Source: a virus
Virus record (IMG/VR): IMGVR_UViG_3300045747_000454
Coordinates: 52,034 to 116,033 of that record
Length of the DNA: 64,000 nt
Strand: one strand, 5' to 3'
Position numbers and translations under genes: made by a program. This document shows positions 57,024-64,000 of the stretch, in pieces (within the stretch, counting starts at the first letter, position 1; the number at the start of each line of letters is the position of its first letter). The notes beneath the pieces were generated by a model. It did not search any database, was not told the DNA's origin, and saw nothing but the letters and a program-made list of their open reading frames with translations.

Positions 57024-57784
57024 TCACCTTCAAGCAGTATCTCGACGAATCAATCAACGACAAGGGTCTCTTCAAGGCGATCTTCGTCATCGGGCTGCCT
57101 GGCTCTGGCAAGAGCTACACGATCACGAAGCTCAGCGGCGGCGTTGAGCCGCGCATCGTCAACACCGACCGTGCTGTTGAGCACCTCACTGGCATCACGA
57201 AGAGCAAGAAGAACATTCGAACCGACGCAAAGACCTTCGACAAGAATGAGGATGAGGTCGATGACCAGTGGACTCAGGACATTGCCGACTCGGCGCAGCG
57301 CATCACGGTCAACACGCTCACTGGCTACATCGATGGCATGCTGCCGCTCTTCGTCGACGGCACCTCGAACAACGTATCGCGCATCATGCACCGTGTCGGC
57401 ATTCTCGAATCGCTTGGCTACGACGTGGGTATCGTGTTTGTGAACGCCACCTTCGAAACCGCTGTGCAGCGCGCCAACAACCGTCGTCGCAAGGTCACGC
57501 AGGACTTCATCAAGTTCGTCGCCGATCAGAACGCCGAGAACGTCGCCTATCTGAAGTCGAAGACTACCTTCTTCCGTCAGGTCGACAACGACGCAGGTCA
57601 GCTCAACGATGACGCCTTGAAGAAGGCTTACAAGTCGGTGCAAGCGTTCTTCAGCGCACCGCTCAAGAATCCAGTTGGTAAGCGCACGCTCGCCAAGCTT
57701 GAAGAGACGAAGCAGAAGTATCTGAAGCCATCGATCGTCACGGATGACAAGCTCAAGCAGCTCGTCAATGGGTGGTACAAATGA
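57020..57784 (+). CDS. P-loop kinase (zeta-toxin/AAA_33-like) with leader MITFKQYLDE
   Basis: GLPGSGKS, VNTD, FVDGT, LGYDV..VFV, A.QR...R.RKV. Confidence 0.8.
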   Translation: MITFKQYLDESINDKGLFKAIFVIGLPGSGKSYTITKLSGGVEPRIVNTDRAVEHLTGITKSKKNIRTDAKTFDKNEDEVDDQWTQDIADSAQRITVNTLTGYIDGMLPLFVDGTSNNVSRIMHRVGILESLGYDVGIVFVNATFETAVQRANNRRRKVTQDFIKFVADQNAENVAYLKSKTTFFRQVDNDAGQLNDDALKKAYKSVQAFFSAPLKNPVGKRTLAKLEETKQKYLKPSIVTDDKLKQLVNGWYK

Positions 57785-58566
57785 AGCTCGCCGAACTCTA
57801 CGAAGCCGCTGCTGGTAAGGAGCTTCAGTTTGAGCCGGTGCCTGATGTTCAGAAGGCGATTGACCTGCTCAACGCTCACTGCAAGGACGCGCTGTGGATG
57901 CTGCACAACAACACGCCGATCTGGCGTGGTTTTTCGCACGCGCCAAACTTGCTGTTTCAAATGATCGACACGAGCAAGACCGAGCGAGTCAGCGAGAACA
58001 CATCGAACTACTACACTGCCATTCTCGACAACAATCCGAAGATGGCGAAGTATCCGAAGCGCAGCAGGTCGCTCATCTGCTCGATGGACAGGCATGATGC
58101 TGAAGCCTTTGCGTCTGGTAATCTTAGTGCCTTCGCCATCATCCCATTTGACGGCACCAAGATTGGCGCTGTCAACGAGGCCGACATGTGGAACGTTCAA
58201 GTGTCGATCTTTGGCCTAACTGAAAGCATCTCCAATATCAATGAGGTCTACGAGCAGTGGGGCATTGAGGACAACATTCGTAGCCTTGAGGAGTTTGCTG
58301 AGAACCTTCGAGCCGGCGACGTCAAGCCAAGTCTGAAGTACGGCAGTGCAAGGCTTTCAATCACGTATGACGTTAAGGAAAACTTCATGGACGAGCTGTA
58401 CGATGCCTACTCGCCACACAAGCTCGGCTTCTCTTTGCACACCACCTCTAATCTGCACGGCGTCGAAGGTGAGGTCTGGGTCGGCGGTCGAGTCATGATG
58501 ATTCACCCAGACATGTTGGACAAGCTTGTCAAGACCTACAAGTCACTTACCAAGGGCGCCAAGTGA
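57781..58566 (+). CDS. array-2B paralogue 1, putative ART-fold internal head protein
   Basis: IWRG / R.SENT.NYYT / SLICS....A.AF / GEVWV; leader MKLAELYE. Confidence 0.6.
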   Translation: MKLAELYEAAAGKELQFEPVPDVQKAIDLLNAHCKDALWMLHNNTPIWRGFSHAPNLLFQMIDTSKTERVSENTSNYYTAILDNNPKMAKYPKRSRSLICSMDRHDAEAFASGNLSAFAIIPFDGTKIGAVNEADMWNVQVSIFGLTESISNINEVYEQWGIEDNIRSLEEFAENLRAGDVKPSLKYGSARLSITYDVKENFMDELYDAYSPHKLGFSLHTTSNLHGVEGEVWVGGRVMMIHPDMLDKLVKTYKSLTKGAK

Positions 58567-59354
58567 ACCTACAAGAGCTACACGAATCTGCCGTCTACGG
58601 CAAGGACATGCAGATTGAGAGTAAGGGTGTCAAAGACGCCATTGACCTTCTCAACAAGCACTGCAAGAAGGCGCTGTGGATGTTGCACGACAACAATCCG
58701 CTGTGGCGCGGGCACAAGCATTCGCTTGAAGACTTCTCAACCGTCGACACCTCCAAGTCGGAGCGCGCCAGCACCAACACGCGCAACTACTACACAATCA
58801 TCCTCGACAACAATCCGAAGATGGCTGGCTGGCCAAAGCGCAGCAAGTCGCTCATCTGCTCGAAAGATCTTGATCGTGCGTTTGGCTACGCGCAGCACAA
58901 TAGCAGCTGGCTCTACGCCTTGATTCCATATGACGACGCCAAGATCGGCGCTGTGAACAGCGAGGACATCTGGGACGCTAGAGTCTCCTTAGGGTCTGTG
59001 ACGCAGGAGATTGAAGAGTGGAATGACTTCTGGCGCTATCTTGGCGCAGCCGAAAGCATCGAGGGGCTTGAGAAGATTGCGGCACGAGTGAAGGCTGGCG
59101 ACATTCATCAGCTGGATAAGATGCTGACAGCCGAGCAACGGCAAGACCTGATGGGCACCATCTTCGACGCGTACGATCCAAAGAGGCTTGGCTTCACGCT
59201 TCACAACTCAGCGACCGTGAAGAGAGCTAAGTTTGGTGAGGTCTGGGTCGAGGGCAAGGTCATGCTGATCAAGAAGAAGATGTGGGACCGCATTCGCGCG
59301 TCGTACAAGGAGTTGAGCAAGGCAGCTGGGCAAACGGTTGAGGACGACGAATGA
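58563..59354 (+). CDS. array-2B paralogue 2, putative ART-fold internal head protein
   Basis: LWRG / SLICS....AFGY / GEVWV; leader MNLQELHE. Confidence 0.6.
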   Translation: MNLQELHESAVYGKDMQIESKGVKDAIDLLNKHCKKALWMLHDNNPLWRGHKHSLEDFSTVDTSKSERASTNTRNYYTIILDNNPKMAGWPKRSKSLICSKDLDRAFGYAQHNSSWLYALIPYDDAKIGAVNSEDIWDARVSLGSVTQEIEEWNDFWRYLGAAESIEGLEKIAARVKAGDIHQLDKMLTAEQRQDLMGTIFDAYDPKRLGFTLHNSATVKRAKFGEVWVEGKVMLIKKKMWDRIRASYKELSKAAGQTVEDDE

Positions 59355-60124
59355 AGCTACAAGAACTCTATGAAGCCGCAGTCAAGGGCAAGGCGATCAA
59401 GTACGATCCGAAGAAGACGAAGGAGGCGATTGACATTCTCAACACGCACTGCAAGAACGCCCTTTGGATGCTGCACGAGAACAAGCCAATCTGGCGTGGT
59501 GCGAAGACGAACAAGGCTGCGCCGTTCCTCGTCGTTGACACGAGCCAGTCAGAGCGCAAGTCTGAGAACACGAAGAACTACTACACGGTCATTTTCGACA
59601 ACAATCCAGCAATGGCTGGCTTTCCAAAGCGCAGTCAGTCGCTCATTGGCACAACTGAGAAGACTCGGTCCTATGACTTCACTGGCTTCGGCTCGTACCT
59701 CTATGCCATGATTCCATTCGACGATGCCAAGATTGGCGCGGTGAATAGCTTCGACATCTGGGATGCGACGGTGTCGTTTGGCGACTTCGAGCAAGAGCTG
59801 AACTACATGAACAAGAAGTTCGAGCAAGCCGGCATTCCAGATACGATTGAGGGTCTCAAGGCCTTCGCCAAGAAGCTGAAGGATCCGAAGTTCGAGGTGC
59901 CAAGCGGCATGAAGTACATCTCACAAGAAGAGCGCAATGACTTCATGGCCTACCTCTATCGCGAGTACTCGCCAAAGAATCTTGGCTTCACGCTGCACAC
60001 CACCTCGAACATGAAGGGCGTTGAGGGCGAGGTCTGGGTTGGTGGCAAGGTCATGATGATCGAAGAGCCAATGTGGCAGCGCATTCGCAAGGCGTATGAC
60101 GCTGGCGTGCAGGATGACGAATGA
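59351..60124 (+). CDS. array-2B paralogue 3, putative ART-fold internal head protein
   Basis: IWRG / SLIGTT / GEVWV; leader MKLQELYE. Confidence 0.6.
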   Translation: MKLQELYEAAVKGKAIKYDPKKTKEAIDILNTHCKNALWMLHENKPIWRGAKTNKAAPFLVVDTSQSERKSENTKNYYTVIFDNNPAMAGFPKRSQSLIGTTEKTRSYDFTGFGSYLYAMIPFDDAKIGAVNSFDIWDATVSFGDFEQELNYMNKKFEQAGIPDTIEGLKAFAKKLKDPKFEVPSGMKYISQEERNDFMAYLYREYSPKNLGFTLHTTSNMKGVEGEVWVGGKVMMIEEPMWQRIRKAYDAGVQDDE

Positions 60125-60915
60125 GACTCGCTGAACTCTTCGAAGCCGAGGTCAAGGGATCGCCGCTGAAGCCTGAGGTCATTGAGAACGCGCTTGAGCT
60201 GTTCAAGACATCGTGCAAGAACGCGAAGTGGATGCTGGAGAAGGATCGTCCGATTTGGAAGGGCTTTCACGGAGTGCAGCCAGCGCCAGAAGGCAAGATC
60301 GCAGTCATCGACACGCACCAGTCAAAGCGCAAATCGCAGAACTCGCAAAACTACTACACTGAGATCCTCGATCACAGCAGCTACTTTGAGGGCTGGCCGA
60401 AGCGCAGTCAGTCGCTCATCTGCTCGCTCGACAAGAACTACGCCGAGGGCTACTCGCAGCGCAGCGGTGGGCTCTACGCAATCGTTCCGTTCAATGACGC
60501 GAAGATTGGCAGCGTCGAGGCCGTTGACATTTGGGGCGTTGAGTTTCAACCGTTCGGCGTTGGAAGCTCTATAGGTTTTGAGGACTTCAACTCTTGGCTT
60601 AAGCATCTCAAGATTACAGACACGATTGATGGCCTCTGCGACTTCGCCGAGAAGCTCGCCAATCGGGATGAAGATGCCGTCAAGGGCTTTGAAAAAGCGT
60701 TTCCAGAGGCGGCGAAGGACACGGACGTTCTCGACGACTTCATGGGTTATCTGAACGGCAGCCTGTCACCTGAGATTCTTGGGTTCGAACAGTACGATTC
60801 ACGATCAGTTCGCAACGCCATGGACGAGGCAGAGGTATGGGTGTCCGGCAAGGTGCTGATCATGACCGACAAGACCTGGGATGCTCTTGTTCTTCAGAAC
60901 AAGATGTCTGGGTGA
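60121..60915 (+). CDS. array-2B paralogue 4, putative ART-fold internal head protein
   Basis: IWKG / SLICS....AEGY / AEVWV; leader MRLAELFE. Confidence 0.6.
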   Translation: MRLAELFEAEVKGSPLKPEVIENALELFKTSCKNAKWMLEKDRPIWKGFHGVQPAPEGKIAVIDTHQSKRKSQNSQNYYTEILDHSSYFEGWPKRSQSLICSLDKNYAEGYSQRSGGLYAIVPFNDAKIGSVEAVDIWGVEFQPFGVGSSIGFEDFNSWLKHLKITDTIDGLCDFAEKLANRDEDAVKGFEKAFPEAAKDTDVLDDFMGYLNGSLSPEILGFEQYDSRSVRNAMDEAEVWVSGKVLIMTDKTWDALVLQNKMSG

Positions 60916-60948
60916 AGTAAATAGGCGATGCCTACAAACACCGACACC

Positions 60949-62076
60949 ATGATCACCTTCAAGCAGTTTCTCGCCGAGGCCAGCTCTGGCCCCGACAAGT
61001 GGGATAAGTACTTCGCCGACGCTGACACCGAGACGATCGTCAAGACCGACGGTGCGCAGCTCTACGACGTCTTCGGCACGCCGGTCGAGAAGGAGGTCGC
61101 TCGCGGCGACAAGATCAAGGTCCTCGCCGGCGAGTACGACACCAAGCCACGCGTTCGCATTGGCAAGGGTGAGTATCGCATGAAGCTCACCGACATCGAC
61201 AAGCCATTCAAGATGGACCACACGGTCAAGAGCGATCTGAAGCCTGACGTGCTTGGTCTCACCGGCAAGCAGAAGATCTCGACGCTCGCCAAGAAAATCA
61301 AGACGCTCATCGACGATCACAGCGACATTCCTGAGGAGACCGGCGCCTATCTGAAGGCGCTCGTCGATCACGCTGAGAAGCCGACCGACACGAAGAAGAC
61401 TGACAAGGTCAAGGAGCTGTACGTCGACAATGGCATCAAGGGCGACACAGCCCTGACGAACTCGATCAGCCGCGACTTCATGGAGCTGCTCGGACCATTC
61501 TTCGTTGTCAACGAGAAGCCAGAGTTCAAGGGTGGCACAGCCAACTTCCCAGAGCTCGGCAATGCTCCGCTGTTCGACTTTGAGGTTGAGAAGGACGATC
61601 AGACGACGCAGTTCTCCTCGAAGAAGTCAGGCAGCAACAGCAACACGCTGAAGGTCAGCGAGGTCGTCAAGCTGGTGGATGGCAACGCAGCGCTGAAGAA
61701 GAAGTACAAGCGCGAGTTTGATTTGATGACGATCATCAACACCTCCTCCGTGAAGCTTGCTCCTGCCAAGATCAACGACTGGCTTGCGACGACGTTCCCA
61801 GGCAAGTACAAGAAGGCTGCAGCGCCGACCGACGATACGACGATTGCTCGTCTCGAAGCCTCGACCGTCAAGTGGATCAATGAGCAGGCTGGACTGAACT
61901 TTCTGCCGCTCGTGCAGCTTTCCATTCCAGATCTCTGGTACGTTAAGTCGAAGTTGAACTCTGACGGCACGATCAAGGTTGAACCGCTCAAGTCTGGTCG
62001 CGACATCTCGAAGGCCAATCTGCGCAGCAAGTCCTCACCAGGCCACCTTGCTGACAAAATTGGCTTCGCAATGTAA
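60949..62076 (+). CDS. hypothetical protein with leader MITFKQFLAE; possible PD-(D/E)xK nuclease domain
   Basis: TAAATA at 60918-60923; DF.E.LGP...FP...N.PLFDF.....QFSSK. Confidence 0.55.
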   Translation: MITFKQFLAEASSGPDKWDKYFADADTETIVKTDGAQLYDVFGTPVEKEVARGDKIKVLAGEYDTKPRVRIGKGEYRMKLTDIDKPFKMDHTVKSDLKPDVLGLTGKQKISTLAKKIKTLIDDHSDIPEETGAYLKALVDHAEKPTDTKKTDKVKELYVDNGIKGDTALTNSISRDFMELLGPFFVVNEKPEFKGGTANFPELGNAPLFDFEVEKDDQTTQFSSKKSGSNSNTLKVSEVVKLVDGNAALKKKYKREFDLMTIINTSSVKLAPAKINDWLATTFPGKYKKAAAPTDDTTIARLEASTVKWINEQAGLNFLPLVQLSIPDLWYVKSKLNSDGTIKVEPLKSGRDISKANLRSKSSPGHLADKIGFAM

Positions 62077-62119
62077 GCCTGCACGAATAAATAGAGAACA
62101 CTCACTGGAGCATCCAAGC

Positions 62120-64000
62120 ATGTCCATTCTGCAAGAACTCACCTCTTCGGCGTACAATACGTCGGAGCTCAAGGCCATTCAGAGCTTTCTACTGGCAGAG
62201 AGCAAGACGCTCTCCGACCTCACGCTGAAGACCTGGCTCGGTACGGGCGAGAATCAAATCGCTAAGCGCGCTGCTGCGCTGCTCGACGACGACCTCGAAG
62301 CGCTGTACGCCTACTACAAGAGCAAGCCACGTCCAAAGGACACTGTTGGCGAGATGCGCTACGCCGCCATCATGTCGGCGTACAAGAAGCGTCACCACAT
62401 CACCGAAGCACAAGACGGCGAGCTCTCCGTTGGCGACACTGTCGAGGTCTCTGGCAACGTTCAGTTTCAAGACTGCGTCGGCGAGGTCGAAAGCCTGCAC
62501 GGTGGCTTCGTTGCCGTGAAGATCTACAGCTCGAACAGCACTCACTCATTCCACGCCTCTGACCTGCGCAAGATCGATGACGATCACGACCATGGCGATG
62601 ATGGTGATAACGAAGATGAGTACGATGGCGGTGACGGTGATGAATCGTTCTTCGTGGTCATTCACGACAGCGACGAGAACAAGTCGTTCATCGGCGAGTT
62701 CGAGAAGGACGGTGGTCGCTGGCGCGAGCACGTGGTGTCTGGCAAGCCGCCATACGCCTGGGGTGGTCGATTCATGAGCTACCTCAGTGCTCACGAGATC
62801 ATGTCGATGCTGACCCGCGACTTCAAGCACTACGAGGTCGAAGGTCCATTCGACAGCAAGGAAGAAGCCGTTGAGTTCGTTCACGGCAATCACGGTCACG
62901 ACACGCTGAAGGAAAGCGAAGAGCTCAAGGCGCTTGGTCGCAACATCAAGAAGGGCAAGAAGCCACCAGAAGATGAGTTGCCACCAGCTAATGATGAGCT
63001 GCCACCTGAGGACGGCGAGACTCCGCCAGTCGACGATGAGGCATCAACCGACGAGCCAGCACCAGAAGACGGTGATGTGCCTGCTGACGATGAGCTGCCA
63101 GCCGATGACGCTGCGCCGACCGACGAGCCGCCTGCCGATGAAGAGCCAGAAACAACGACCGCTGACACCGATACAGTGTCCGCCGACGCTGTCACGCCTG
63201 AGTTCAAGGTTGGCGACGTCGTCAAGCCGAACAAGGGTCAGCACGCTGGCGAACCACATGAGGTCGTTGGCATTCACCCAGACGGTGGTCTGCTCATCAA
63301 GCCACAGGGCCTCGATGACCAGGCAATCAAGTACACCGCCAAGTCGAAGACAGCCAAGATTCGCACCGACGACGTTGCCATCGTCGAGAGTCAGCAGCTG
63401 AAGCGTGGTCTGCTCAAGGCCGTCACTGAGACTCGTGTCGACAACGGTGCGCTGACGATGCCTGAGCTGCTCAAGCTCCGCAACGGTCTGTACGAAGCCG
63501 GCGACATGGTCGGCTATCGCGTCCTCGTTCAAGCCATCACCGAAGCCAAGAGCGGTGGCAAGCCACGCATGAAGGAAGTTGAGGGCAAGCTCGCAGCGCA
63601 CGCCAAGAGCAAGGGTGATCGCGAAGCCAAGTACGGCACGCTGTCGCCAGGCGACCAAGTGTCGCACGAGCAGACTCGCACGCGTCTGTTGAAGGACCTG
63701 TCGCGTGAGCGCAGCAAGGCCAACTGCTCTGAGGGCAAGGTCGGCGACTTCGTCGCAAAGGTCAAGCGCGGTGCCGAAGCAACTCAGAAGGCTCGCGGTG
63801 AAGCCGCAAAGATCTGGGGTTCGAAGGATGAAGACGAAGCCAAGAAGCACGTGAAGAACAGCAACCGCTACTCCAACCTCGGCACCGAGCGATCAGGTAA
63901 GTCCGACTACGTCCCACCGAAGAGCGCGCTGACCAAGCTGGCTGGCGCCGTCATGGGTCACCCAACCGGCGCGCCGAAGTACAAGGTCGGTGACACCGTC
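62120..64000 (+). CDS. large multidomain late protein, truncated by the window end (not in ORF track)
   Basis: TAAATA at 62088-62093, GGAG RBS, ATG 62120, open for 627 codons to the edge; MSILQEL leader, three (S/K)VGD.V KOW-like motifs, P/D/E-rich linker. Confidence 0.85.
   Translation, partial: MSILQELTSSAYNTSELKAIQSFLLAESKTLSDLTLKTWLGTGENQIAKRAAALLDDDLEALYAYYKSKPRPKDTVGEMRYAAIMSAYKKRHHITEAQDGELSVGDTVEVSGNVQFQDCVGEVESLHGGFVAVKIYSSNSTHSFHASDLRKIDDDHDHGDDGDNEDEYDGGDGDESFFVVIHDSDENKSFIGEFEKDGGRWREHVVSGKPPYAWGGRFMSYLSAHEIMSMLTRDFKHYEVEGPFDSKEEAVEFVHGNHGHDTLKESEELKALGRNIKKGKKPPEDELPPANDELPPEDGETPPVDDEASTDEPAPEDGDVPADDELPADDAAPTDEPPADEEPETTTADTDTVSADAVTPEFKVGDVVKPNKGQHAGEPHEVVGIHPDGGLLIKPQGLDDQAIKYTAKSKTAKIRTDDVAIVESQQLKRGLLKAVTETRVDNGALTMPELLKLRNGLYEAGDMVGYRVLVQAITEAKSGGKPRMKEVEGKLAAHAKSKGDREAKYGTLSPGDQVSHEQTRTRLLKDLSRERSKANCSEGKVGDFVAKVKRGAEATQKARGEAAKIWGSKDEDEAKKHVKNSNRYSNLGTERSGKSDYVPPKSALTKLAGAVMGHPTGAPKYKVGDTV

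Noticed and set aside
62960-63160. Short repeats (GATGAGCTGCCA-like) as a possible CRISPR or DNA repeat array
   Set aside because: They are irregular and in frame, encoding a Pro/Asp/Glu linker, with no constant repeat-spacer period
1-64000. Genome-wide reassignment of TAG (alternative genetic code) as the explanation for the TAG at 19012
   Set aside because: TAG ends the gp13-like gene at its expected C-terminus (33776-33778), the membrane protein (31649) and the GT-like gene (47609), and no other gene in the window appears broken by TAG

Overview
This window is a gene-dense, GC-rich segment of a large T4-like (probably jumbo) myophage genome, covering most of its virion-morphogenesis region. 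It encodes the baseplate (gp6, gp25, gp5, gp53, gp26 and gp51-like), a probable tape measure, portal, prohead protease, scaffold, major capsid, neck proteins (gp13, gp14, gp15), sheath, tube and gp4. It also carries a gp55-like late sigma factor with many TAAATA late promoters, gp46/gp47, three free-standing GIY-YIG endonucleases and two accessory early operons. Six features stand out. (1) About 26 late genes share T4 capsid-targeting-like N-terminal leaders. (2) Fifteen of these form two tandem arrays of diverged paralogues with an R-S/T-E ADP-ribosyltransferase-like motif pattern, suggesting a capsid-packaged, injected effector arsenal that also includes a kinase, an amidoligase, a nucleotidyltransferase, and ParB-like and nuclease-like proteins. 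(3) The probable tape-measure frame is interrupted by one in-frame TAG inside a strong hairpin, with its A mismatched to C. (4) A T TTT TTC slippery site joins the gp26-like and gp51-like frames. (5) A cytosine-modification operon includes a flavodoxin-like gene. (6) There are tandem acyl carrier proteins and a 36/38-identical AT-rich element repeated 29 kb apart. All functional calls come from motif recognition by eye; no database searches were run. No tRNA, rRNA or CRISPR array was seen.
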